Below are positions 49,151 to 57,989 of a stretch of DNA of 64,000 nt, in pieces. Where the stretch lies: assembly GCA_019424135.1 (NCBI GenBank), contig JAHYZZ010000010.1:7751-71750 (forward strand). Direction: 5' to 3'. A program made the translations under genes and the position numbers. This DNA comes from Lachnospiraceae bacterium. Lineage in GTDB: Bacteria > Bacillota > Clostridia > Lachnospirales > Lachnospiraceae. Positions within the stretch are counted from its first letter, which is position 1. The number at the start of each line of letters is the position of its first letter. Below the pieces are notes generated by a model, which was not told the DNA's origin, ran no database searches, and saw only the letters and a list, made by a program, of their open reading frames with translations.

Positions 49151-49687
49151 TTATTGAAAAAATAGAAGCCCCAAAGCTGCACTTAGGAGGATGACTGTCG
49201 GTATACTTACCTTCCATCGAAACAGCAAAAGAATGTCAATGATTCCGATGAGGATGGCAGCAGGATTGACTGCAGAATCTACCACGTAATTAGTCTGGCA
49301 GAAGGAGACGATGACGCCCAGGAGAAGGCCGATACAGACCGGACGGACGCCGGCAAGCATCTGCCCCATACGTCGGCTGTCCTGGAACTTTTTGAAGAAC
49401 ATCCCTGCCAGGAGCGTAATGGTAAACGTAGGTGTCAGCACGCCTAAGTTTGCCACGACAGCCCCGGGGATACCGGCTGCATGGATACCGGCAAAAGTTG
49501 CGCAGTTTAACCCCAAAGGTCCGGGAGTCATTTCAGCAATGGCTACAATATCCGAAATCTCACTTAGGTTCATCCACTTATTGGATACGACTTCATGAGT
49601 AATAAGGGGAATCATGGACAGTCCGCCAAAGCTGGTGAACCCAATCTTTACAAAGCTCCAGAAAAGCTTGAGCAATGTCAGAATCAT
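49151..49687 (-). CDS. Chromate transporter, short-chain subunit (ChrA-like)
   Basis: KIGFTSFGG, AEMTPGP. Confidence 0.9.
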   Translation of the reverse strand: MILTLLKLFWSFVKIGFTSFGGLSMIPLITHEVVSNKWMNLSEISDIVAIAEMTPGPLGLNCATFAGIHAAGIPGAVVANLGVLTPTFTITLLAGMFFKKFQDSRRMGQMLAGVRPVCIGLLLGVIVSFCQTNYVVDSAVNPAAILIGIIDILLLFRWKVSIPTVILLSAALGLLFFQ

Positions 49688-50247
49688 AGCTGCCCGCCCC
49701 CTTTCCTTTCATAATATTCACAGATCAGTATGCCGCAGATCACACCTATTACGACTAACGTGGCACAGCTTACGTTCAGGAAAAAGTAGAGTCCAAAAGC
49801 AGCCGCGGCCAGTAAGAAGCAGGGAGGAAAACGGAAAGCCCCTTTTACCATATTGACGGCAGCACTTGCGATGATCGGGACAATGGCAGCACGGACTCCG
49901 GTCATGGCGCTCATAAACCATATATTTTCTTTAAAAAGAGTATAGAAATATGTGATCAATGACAGGATAGCCATGGGAGGGATGATCATAGCGATAACGC
50001 AGGCAATGCCGCAGACTGTGCCACCCACTCGGTAGCCATACAACATGGCCACATTCCCGATCATGGTACCGGGAAGACTGCGCCCTACGCTAGTCATATC
50101 CAGCAGTTCCTGGCTTGTGATAGTTTTTTCTTTTTCAACATATTTTTTTTGCATCTGTGCGATGATACTCCAGCCTCCGCCAAAGGTAAAGCAGCCAAAT
50201 TGAAAGAACTGAACAAAGAGAATTAGCATTTTTTTCCATGTTTTCAT
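49684..50247 (-). CDS. Chromate transporter, short-chain subunit (ChrA-like)
   Basis: FGCFTFGGG, GRSLPG. Confidence 0.9.
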   Translation of the reverse strand: MKTWKKMLILFVQFFQFGCFTFGGGWSIIAQMQKKYVEKEKTITSQELLDMTSVGRSLPGTMIGNVAMLYGYRVGGTVCGIACVIAMIIPPMAILSLITYFYTLFKENIWFMSAMTGVRAAIVPIIASAAVNMVKGAFRFPPCFLLAAAAFGLYFFLNVSCATLVVIGVICGILICEYYERKGGGQL

Positions 50248-50274
50248 TTAAGGTTCCTCCTTTTAACAGCGGCT

Positions 50275-50305
50275 ATTATAAACCTTAAACCTTGTGTAAA
50301 GTCAA
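50275..50305 (-). promoter_or_regulatory. MerR-type promoter for the chromate transporter pair
   Basis: Minus strand TTGACT-19 bp-TATAAT with imperfect dyad in the spacer; MerR gene immediately upstream. Confidence 0.75.
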
Positions 50306-50314
50306 GAACAGACC

Positions 50315-51130
50315 TTATGTATCTTCGATGGGAAGCCAGATTTGGCGCAACCGGCGGTAATCATCTTTTTTATTCATAGACAGGAAGGTGCGGCAGACAG
50401 GATCTTGAGTCACGGTCAGATGATGATCCTGGACGTATTTTTTCAGATGGGCAAGGTATAAGGTACAGTCGGCATTCTCTTCTGAAATATCCACAACCGT
50501 ATAAAGACAAGGGACCGCACAGTGATAAGTTCCGTAGGATAAAAAGTCTGGCATGCCAAGCCTATGGGCGTCTTCTTCCATGATGCCAAGGGCAGAGAAG
50601 CTCTCATCCTCTCCAGCTTCCAGGCTGCGCCAGCTATTCCGCTGGGAGGGGAATGCAAAAGGAGCCAGATTTACCCACTGTGGAAAGACCTTCATCTGTT
50701 CCTGGTCTAAGATAAGTTTTTCCCCCTTCATAAATTCCAGACGGTAGAGCCCTGGGCGGACTGTCATCTGTATGGACCACAGAATGGATGGAAGCTCCTG
50801 CAAAAGAGCTGACATCTGTTTCAGATAGCGCAAAATTTCCTGTTTTCTCTGGATTTCTTCTTCCAGCGCCAGAGAGCGCATGTCGTATTCCTGACGGACA
50901 TAGTCCACTTCGTCTGTATTGATCAGGCTTTCGGTTTCTTTTAGGGAAAACCCATATTGATGATAGGCGCGGGCGCGTAAGAGAGCCGTGATATCCAGGC
51001 GGCTGTAATAGCGATAGCCGCCGGAACCTTCTCCACGTTCCGAAAGAAGGATCCCGTTCCGTTCATAGAGCCGCAGAGTTTCCGGGGAAATACCTAAGAG
51101 TTTTGCTACGGTTCCTATTTTATATTTCAT
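50315..51130 (-). CDS. MerR family regulator (BmrR-like length)
   Basis: YKIGTVAKLLGISPETLRLYERNG..GYRYY..GFSLKE. Confidence 0.92.
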   Translation of the reverse strand: MKYKIGTVAKLLGISPETLRLYERNGILLSERGEGSGGYRYYSRLDITALLRARAYHQYGFSLKETESLINTDEVDYVRQEYDMRSLALEEEIQRKQEILRYLKQMSALLQELPSILWSIQMTVRPGLYRLEFMKGEKLILDQEQMKVFPQWVNLAPFAFPSQRNSWRSLEAGEDESFSALGIMEEDAHRLGMPDFLSYGTYHCAVPCLYTVVDISEENADCTLYLAHLKKYVQDHHLTVTQDPVCRTFLSMNKKDDYRRLRQIWLPIEDT

Positions 51131-51326
51131 CGCAGTACCTCCTTGTTGTTTTATACACAGTATAGCAGACTGTAATGTGAAATATAGCTAAAAAAGTAAA
51201 GAAATTTATGGCAGAGATGCCTATTGACAAAATTATAACATTGTTGTAAATTACTTATCAAACAAGGAAATTAGACTGAAGTTCAAACTACAGTATAAAA
51301 TACGGTAGGACTTGCAGGAGAATACG

Positions 51327-52238
51327 ATGAAGAATATAACAAACATTCAAAAATTTTCTATCCATGATGGAGACGGAATCCGTACCACCGTATTTTTTAA
51401 GGGATGTCCCTTAAAATGCGAGTGGTGTCACAATCCAGAAACCCAGAGATTTGAAAAAGAAATGCAGGTGGACAGAGAAAAGTGTACCGGTTGTGGAACG
51501 TGCCAGGCAGTCTGCCCCAACGGCGCGGTTCATATGACGGAAGACCATCAGCCCGTTTGGGATCCGAAAGCTTGTACTTTCTGTGGCAAATGTGAGAACT
51601 TCTGTCCGGCAGGAGTCCGTGAAATTGTGGGACGGGAGTATACGGTGAAGGAGTTGACAAAGGAGATTCTAAAGGATCAGATGTTCTATGAAGAATCTGG
51701 CGGAGGAGTCACATTTTCCGGCGGAGAAGTTATGGCCATGGATATGGATTTCATCCTTGCAATGGCAAAGGAGTTGAAACGGCAGGATGTGTCCCTTACC
51801 ATAGATACCTGCGGCTATGTACCCTATGAAAGGTTTGAGCAGATTCTTCCCTATGTGGACACCTTCCTCTATGATGTGAAGGTGATGGATCCCGAGCTTC
51901 ATAAGAAATATATTGGGACAGATAATCAGAGAATCCTTGATAACCTGGTACAGCTTGCGAGGGACGGGGCCAGGATCTATATCCGGATTCCAACTGTCAA
52001 AGAAGTCAACGGAAATGAACAGAATATGAAAGAGACTATCGCATTTTTGCAGGAACATGATATTCATCCGGCTCAGATTAATCTGCTGCCTTACCATGAT
52101 ACAGGAAGCGGAAAGTACAAAAAGCTGGATATGGAATATAAAGGAACTGATCTGCATGCGCCAGACAAAGAAGAGATGGAGGCACTTGCTTCTATTTTCA
52201 TAAATGCAGGTTTTAAAAACACAAAAATAGGAGGGTAA
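51327..52238 (+). CDS. Glycyl-radical enzyme activating protein (HypD activase)
   Basis: HDGDGIRT..KGCPLKCEWCHNPE radical SAM motif, 2x[4Fe-4S] insert, SGGE. Confidence 0.95.
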   Translation: MKNITNIQKFSIHDGDGIRTTVFFKGCPLKCEWCHNPETQRFEKEMQVDREKCTGCGTCQAVCPNGAVHMTEDHQPVWDPKACTFCGKCENFCPAGVREIVGREYTVKELTKEILKDQMFYEESGGGVTFSGGEVMAMDMDFILAMAKELKRQDVSLTIDTCGYVPYERFEQILPYVDTFLYDVKVMDPELHKKYIGTDNQRILDNLVQLARDGARIYIRIPTVKEVNGNEQNMKETIAFLQEHDIHPAQINLLPYHDTGSGKYKKLDMEYKGTDLHAPDKEEMEALASIFINAGFKNTKIGG

Positions 52239-52242
52239 AAAA

Positions 52243-54621
52243 ATGGGAACTTTACGCGGTATGAATGAAAGAATTCAAAAGCTCAGAGAGATCAGTGTCA
52301 ACACACCTGTACATATTGATCTTGAAAGAGCAAAAATCGAGACAGATTTCTACAAAGAAAATGACGGGAAATATTCGATTCCGGTTATGAGAGCTTTAAC
52401 TTTGAAAGAGTATTTCTCCAAAAAGACGCTTTATCTTGGAGATGGAGAGTTGATTATAGGAGAAAAAGGAAAGGATCCACAGGCTTCTCCTACATTTCCG
52501 GAGCTTTGCTGCCACAGCGAGGAAGACATGGTCGTTATGAGCGAGCGTGAGCTGGTATCTTTTAAAACGACAGAGGAAGACCGCAAACTTCAAAGAGAAG
52601 AGATCATTCCTTACTGGACAGGAAGAAGTATGAGAGAGAAACTGCTCTCCAGAATGACCCCAGAGTGGCATGACTGCTATGAAGCCGGTATGTTTACCGA
52701 GTTTATGGAGCAGAGAGGACCAGGACATACCTGTGGCGGTGAACAGGTATTTACCACCGGATACATGGATTACAAAGAAAAGATCAAAAAGGCAATGGAT
52801 GAGTTGGATTATATCAATGATCCAGAGGCACTTGACAAGTGTGAAGAGCTCAAGGCGATGGATATTGCCTGTGACGCCGTGATCATCCTTGGAGAGCGTT
52901 ATCATAAGCTGGCCCTTGAGATGGCAGAAAAAGAAGAAGATGCCACAAGAAAGGCAGAGCTTCTTCAGATCGCAGCCAACCTGGAGGTTGTTCCGGCACA
53001 CAAGCCGCAGACATACTGGCAGGCAATCCAGCTGTACTGGTTCACACACCTTGCAGTTACAACAGAGCTGAATCCTTGGGACGCGTTCAGCCCGGGAAGA
53101 CTGGATCAGCATCTGTATCCGTATTATCAGAAAGATGTAGAGGCTGGTATTCTTGACGATGAGAAAGCACTTGAACTTCTGGAGTGCCTGTGGGTAAAAT
53201 TCTATAATCAGCCGGCGCCTGTAAAGGTTGGAATTACTTTGAAGGAAAGTGCAACTTATACAGACTTTGCAAATATCAATACAGGAGGAGTTACTCCGGA
53301 CGGCCGCAACGGTGTCAATGAGGTAAGCTATCTGATCCTGGATTGTATGGATGAGATGAAATTGGTTCAGCCAAACTCTAATGTAACCATCAGTAAAAAG
53401 ACTCCGGCCAAATTCTTAAAGAGAGCCTGCGAGATTTCCAGAAAGGGTTGGGGACAGCCTGCTTTCTATAACACAGAAGCTCAGATCATGGAGCTTGTCA
53501 ATGCAGGAAAAGAGCTGGAAGATGCAAGACGTGGCGGTTCTTCCGGATGTGTAGAGACTGGAGCATGGGGAAGCGAAGCATATATCCTGACCGGATATCT
53601 GAATATTCCGAAGGTATTCCAGCTGACATTGTTTAATGGATTTGACGAGTACAGTGGAAAACAGCTTGGCCTGAAGCTGGGATATGCAAAAGACTTCAAG
53701 ACATTTGATGAACTGTGGGCAGCGTTTAAGAAACAGCTTGAGTATATTGTAGACGTTAAGATCCGTGGAAACAACGTGATCGAGAAACTGTATGCAGAAG
53801 ATATGCCGGCGCCTTGTCTGTCTGTCGTGACAAATGACTGCATTTCTAATGGAAAAGACTACAATGCAGGCGGCGCAAGATACAATACCAGCTATATTCA
53901 AGGCGTTGGTATCGGAACAGTTACTGACTGTGTTGCTGCTATCAAATATAACGTTTATGACAACAAGAACTTTACGATGGAAGAGCTGATCGAGGCTATG
54001 GAACATGACTATGAAGGTTATGATGCCATCTACCGTATGGTTCATGATAAGAGCCCGAAATATGGTAATGATGATGATTATGCAGACAGCATCATGCAGG
54101 ATATCTTTGAACTTTACAGAAGCACCATCACAGGACGTCCGAACATGAAGGGTGGAAAATACGGCGTAGATATGCTGCCAACGACCTGCCATGTATACTT
54201 TGGTGATGTCATTCTTGCAACAGCAAACGGCAGAAAGGCTCATAAACCGGTATCTGAGGGTATTTCTCCAGAAAAATCTGCAGATACACACGGACCGACA
54301 GCTGTTATCAAGTCCTGCTCCAAGATGGATCATCTTGCAACAGCTGGAACATTGCTGAACCAGAAGTTCACACCAGATGTGGTAGCTGGTGAAGAAGGTC
54401 TTAATAACATGGCAAGCCTGATTCGCTCCTATTTCTCCATGGACGGACATCACATTCAGTTTAATGTAGTTGACCGTCAGACTCTGATTGAGGCTCAGAA
54501 GCATCCAGAAGACTACAAGGATCTGATTGTTCGTGTAGCCGGATACAGTGACTTCTTCCGTAATCTGGATAAGCCGCTCCAGGATGAGATCATCAACCGT
54601 ACAGAGCAGTCTTTTAATTAA
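52243..54621 (+). CDS. hypD: trans-4-hydroxy-L-proline dehydratase (glycyl radical enzyme)
   Basis: FTEFMEQRGPGH, ELNPWDAFSPGRLDQ, KESATYTDFAN, SGCVE, LTGY, MLPTTCH, RVAGYS match HypD as recalled. Confidence 0.9.
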   Translation: MGTLRGMNERIQKLREISVNTPVHIDLERAKIETDFYKENDGKYSIPVMRALTLKEYFSKKTLYLGDGELIIGEKGKDPQASPTFPELCCHSEEDMVVMSERELVSFKTTEEDRKLQREEIIPYWTGRSMREKLLSRMTPEWHDCYEAGMFTEFMEQRGPGHTCGGEQVFTTGYMDYKEKIKKAMDELDYINDPEALDKCEELKAMDIACDAVIILGERYHKLALEMAEKEEDATRKAELLQIAANLEVVPAHKPQTYWQAIQLYWFTHLAVTTELNPWDAFSPGRLDQHLYPYYQKDVEAGILDDEKALELLECLWVKFYNQPAPVKVGITLKESATYTDFANINTGGVTPDGRNGVNEVSYLILDCMDEMKLVQPNSNVTISKKTPAKFLKRACEISRKGWGQPAFYNTEAQIMELVNAGKELEDARRGGSSGCVETGAWGSEAYILTGYLNIPKVFQLTLFNGFDEYSGKQLGLKLGYAKDFKTFDELWAAFKKQLEYIVDVKIRGNNVIEKLYAEDMPAPCLSVVTNDCISNGKDYNAGGARYNTSYIQGVGIGTVTDCVAAIKYNVYDNKNFTMEELIEAMEHDYEGYDAIYRMVHDKSPKYGNDDDYADSIMQDIFELYRSTITGRPNMKGGKYGVDMLPTTCHVYFGDVILATANGRKAHKPVSEGISPEKSADTHGPTAVIKSCSKMDHLATAGTLLNQKFTPDVVAGEEGLNNMASLIRSYFSMDGHHIQFNVVDRQTLIEAQKHPEDYKDLIVRVAGYSDFFRNLDKPLQDEIINRTEQSFN

Positions 54622-54644
54622 AATGATAAATATGTAGTAAACAA

Positions 54645-54680
54645 CAAGGCCGGGGCGCTGTGATGTCCCGGTCTTGTTTT
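54645..54680 (+). terminator. Terminator after hypD
   Basis: ACAAGGCCGGGGC...GTCCCGGTCTTGT + TTT. Confidence 0.7.
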
Positions 54681-54729
54681 GTCAGCGGTTCCGTGGTAAG
54701 GTAGAAACTGGAGAAAGGAGAGATCTTTT

Positions 54730-56145
54730 TTGGGAGAAATACAAAATCTGCTGCTTGACTTTTCACATACTTATCCGGCAGGAAGCGAAACAAAGGCACA
54801 GGGACTAAAAAGAATCGATATGAGTGACATCACAGGGACTGCTATGTACTGCTCACCTGAGGCGGAAGAAGAGATTCGAAGACGGCTTGGGCCATACGGA
54901 GCAGAGGGTGTACATTTCCTTGACAATGGGAACTATCATTATGTGACGAAATTTTTTTTGGAAAAAATACGGATTCCCTTTACGTTAGTGTTGTTTGATC
55001 ATCACAGTGATATGCAGCAACCGTTGATTCATGGATTGACAGGGTGTGGAAGCTGGGCAGGGGAGGTATTCTGGAACCATCCCTACCTAAAACAGATGAT
55101 TTTGATCGGCCCTGATCCAGAAACGATAGGGGAACTCCCGGAAGAGAGGAAGGAAAAACTGGTCTGCATCAGTATGCAGGAGATTGAAAAGACATCGGCA
55201 GAAAAGGAAAGAAAGAAGATTGATATGACCCTTCCTGTCTATCTATCTATTGATAAAGATGTACTGAATCATTATTATGCCAGAACTAACTGGAATCAAG
55301 GTAATATGTCGGTGGAAACGTTAAGAAAGCTGATTTTGGAAGTGTTTATGCATCAGACTGTGATCGGTGCCGACATTTGTGGAGAGTGCAGCCTTCAGGA
55401 ACCATTTAATATTTTTTTGGAAGACACGAGGATCAATCATATGACAAATAAATTATTGTATCAGTTTATCTCTTCAAAGATAGAGTTTGAGGAGTATTTT
55501 CCGGTTATGCGCAAACTGCCTATGGATCAGCAAAAAAAGATTAAGGAAGCCGTGGCGAAAAGGACAGTAACAAAGGGAACGGTCGTGTATGGGGAAGCTT
55601 CGGAGTGCACGGGGCTTCTGGTTGTCCATTCTGGTATGCTAAGGGCGTATATCCTCTCTGAGGAAGGGCGGGAAATCACACTTTATCGCCTGTTTGAGAG
55701 AGATGTCTGTTTGTTTTCCGCATCTTGTATGCTGTCTGGTATCCAATTTGAAATTACGATTGAGGCGGAAAAGGATACTGAGTTCTGGATCATTCCGGTA
55801 AAGGTCTGGAAAGAGTTGATGGAAGAATCTACGGTATTGTCTAATTACACCAACGAGCTTATGGCAGACCGGTTTACGAATGTGATGTGGCTGATCGAAC
55901 AGATTATGTGGAAAAGTTTTGACAAACGACTGGCAGAATTTCTGTTGGAAGAGATGCAGGTAGAGGAGACAAAGACTTTGAAACTGACCCATGAGGTAAT
56001 TGGGAATCATCTGGGGACAGCGCGCGAGGTTGTAACAAGGATGCTTCGTTATTTTCAGCAGGAAGGCCTGGTGAAATTGTCCAGGGGAACCGTGGAGATT
56101 ACAGATCCTGACGGACTGGAAGCATTGACAGAATCAGAAAAATAG
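54730..56145 (+). CDS. Arginase/ureohydrolase-fold domain fused to a Crp/Fnr regulator
   Basis: N-half: GNYHY, FDHHSD, YLSIDKD, GADICGE; C-half: LRAYILSEEGREITLYRL cNMP fold and THEVIGNHLGTAREVVTRML HTH; no stop between them. Confidence 0.85.
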   Translation: MGEIQNLLLDFSHTYPAGSETKAQGLKRIDMSDITGTAMYCSPEAEEEIRRRLGPYGAEGVHFLDNGNYHYVTKFFLEKIRIPFTLVLFDHHSDMQQPLIHGLTGCGSWAGEVFWNHPYLKQMILIGPDPETIGELPEERKEKLVCISMQEIEKTSAEKERKKIDMTLPVYLSIDKDVLNHYYARTNWNQGNMSVETLRKLILEVFMHQTVIGADICGECSLQEPFNIFLEDTRINHMTNKLLYQFISSKIEFEEYFPVMRKLPMDQQKKIKEAVAKRTVTKGTVVYGEASECTGLLVVHSGMLRAYILSEEGREITLYRLFERDVCLFSASCMLSGIQFEITIEAEKDTEFWIIPVKVWKELMEESTVLSNYTNELMADRFTNVMWLIEQIMWKSFDKRLAEFLLEEMQVEETKTLKLTHEVIGNHLGTAREVVTRMLRYFQQEGLVKLSRGTVEITDPDGLEALTESEK

Positions 56146-56148
56146 AAA

Positions 56149-56189
56149 AGAAAAGCACAGTCTCTGGAGGGAAAGGCTGTGCTTTCTTT
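56149..56189. terminator. Bidirectional terminator between the fusion gene and thioredoxin
   Basis: AGAAAAGCACAG...CTGTGCTTTCTTT. Confidence 0.7.
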
Positions 56190-56195
56190 GTCGTT

Positions 56196-56501
56196 TTAGA
56201 TCATTGCAAGAATCTGTTCCTTTGGTTTTGCTCCGGTAGAGCGGTTGACCATCTGACCGCCTTTAAATACAGCCAAGGTAGGAATGCTTAAAACCCGGAA
56301 CTGTGAAGCCAGATCTCTTTGTTCATCTACATTGATTTTGCAGACTTTGATGTCCTTTCGCTCCTGGGCAATCTCATCAACAAGAGGAAGAACCATCTGG
56401 CAGGGTCCGCACCAGCTTGCCCAGAAGTCTACCAGAACGGGTTTATCGGAATGCAAAACTTCCTGTTCAAAATTTTCTTTATTAATATTGATAGCTGACA
56501 T
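56196..56501 (-). CDS. trxA: Thioredoxin
   Basis: VDFWASWCGPC, SIPTL. Confidence 0.96.
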   Translation of the reverse strand: MSAININKENFEQEVLHSDKPVLVDFWASWCGPCQMVLPLVDEIAQERKDIKVCKINVDEQRDLASQFRVLSIPTLAVFKGGQMVNRSTGAKPKEQILAMI

Positions 56502-56570
56502 ATTTTTGTCCTCCTTTTTCTTTCTTTTTCTTTGTTGTGTTAAGAATACCAGGTTTCTGATTGAGTTTCT

Positions 56571-56583
56571 GTGACTAAGTCAC
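56571..56583. promoter_or_regulatory. Candidate Crp/Fnr-family box at about -41 of the trxA promoter
   Basis: Palindrome GTGAC-taa-GTCAC; minus-strand extended -10 TGgTATTCT at 56543-56551. Confidence 0.55.
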
Positions 56584-56614
56584 TATAATAAAAAGAAAAT
56601 GGGGAAATGATGAC

Positions 56615-57970
56615 ATGAAGAAACTGACATTGAAAGAAACGATTTTTGTGGCAAGTATGCTGTTTGGCATGTTTTTTGGGGCGGGGAATTTGATTTTTCC
56701 GGTATCTATGGGACAGATGGCCGGGAGCCATATGTGGCGGGCGGCAGCAGGATTTCTGGTTACGGGTGTAGGGATACCACTTCTTAGCGTGGCGGCCCTT
56801 GGCATCAGCCGTGAAACGGGGTTACATGGCCTAAGCAGCAGGGTGGGAAAGAGATATGGGTATTTTTTCACCTGTGCGCTGTATCTGACCATCGGACCAT
56901 TTTTTGCGACGCCGCGTTGTGCTTCAGTTTCTTTTACGGTAGGGATAGAAAGGTTGTTGTCAGAGAAAGGGACGTCCGGCCTAGATCATTTCTGGTGGCA
57001 GGCCGGCTTTTCCCTGCTTTTTTTTGCGATCGTCTTGTTCTTCTCCTTAAGACCTGGACAAATCTTAACTTGGATCGGAAAGATATTCAATCCGTTATTT
57101 CTGGTGATGCTGGGGGTGTTGGTCGTCCGTGCTTTGACAGTCCCTATGGGCACGCCATCAGAGATAGAGCCGGTAGGGGCCTATGAATCTGGAGCATTTT
57201 TTACAGGGCTGCTGGAAGGCTATAACACGATGGATGCCTTGGCAGGACTGGCATTTGGGATTGTAGTCATCGATGTGATTCGAAGGCTTGGAGTAGATGA
57301 GCCGATGCAGATTGCAATGGGAACGGTTAAGGCAGGCGCCTTTAGTTCTTTACTGATGGCAGGGATTTATGTTCTGGTGACCATGACAGGAGCCCAGAGT
57401 CGGGGAGTGTTCCAGGCAGCGCAAAACGGAGGAGAGGCTTTGGCGCAGATCGCGGACTATTATTTTGGCGGTGGGGGTATGATGATGCTGGCAGTGCTGG
57501 TAACGGTCGCCTGTCTGAAGACCGCGATCGGGCTTACCACCAGCTGCAGCGAGGCATTTCAAGAGATGTTTCCCCGTGGCCCCAGATACCGGTCCTGGGT
57601 GATAGGGTTTGTATCCCTATCGTTTTTGACAGCGAATCTTGGTCTGGATGCCATCGTCGCTTATGCAGTGCCGGTGCTGATGTTTTTGTACCCTCTGGCC
57701 ATTGTGCTGGTGCTTTTGACCCTGTGTGGGAAATGGTTTGACAATGACAAGAGTGTGATTAGGTGGACGATTGCATTGACCGGTGCAGCGGCGGTCATTG
57801 ATTTTCTGAGAACTTTGCCTGAGGCAGCCAAAGATTTCTTGCATATGAACGGAATCGTTGCGGTGGCAGAAGAAATACTGCCTCTTTCAGAAAAAGGATT
57901 AGGATGGATCCTTCCGGCGGCGGCAGGGCTGTCCATCGGCTTGCTGGTTCGATGGAAAAAGAAAAGATAG
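56615..57970 (+). CDS. brnQ: Branched-chain amino acid transport system II carrier
   Basis: LFGMFFGAGNLIFP, IGPFFATPR, EGYNTMDALA, ACLKTAIGL, FLYP. Confidence 0.95.
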   Translation: MKKLTLKETIFVASMLFGMFFGAGNLIFPVSMGQMAGSHMWRAAAGFLVTGVGIPLLSVAALGISRETGLHGLSSRVGKRYGYFFTCALYLTIGPFFATPRCASVSFTVGIERLLSEKGTSGLDHFWWQAGFSLLFFAIVLFFSLRPGQILTWIGKIFNPLFLVMLGVLVVRALTVPMGTPSEIEPVGAYESGAFFTGLLEGYNTMDALAGLAFGIVVIDVIRRLGVDEPMQIAMGTVKAGAFSSLLMAGIYVLVTMTGAQSRGVFQAAQNGGEALAQIADYYFGGGGMMMLAVLVTVACLKTAIGLTTSCSEAFQEMFPRGPRYRSWVIGFVSLSFLTANLGLDAIVAYAVPVLMFLYPLAIVLVLLTLCGKWFDNDKSVIRWTIALTGAAAVIDFLRTLPEAAKDFLHMNGIVAVAEEILPLSEKGLGWILPAAAGLSIGLLVRWKKKR

Positions 57971-57989
57971 AAATATTCAGGAGGTTGAG

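Noticed and set aside
53416..54504. Long antisense ORFs (362 aa here; also 34012-34917, 45046-45939, 43338-44096)
   Set aside because: They lie opposite well-supported genes and have no motifs; expected from codon bias
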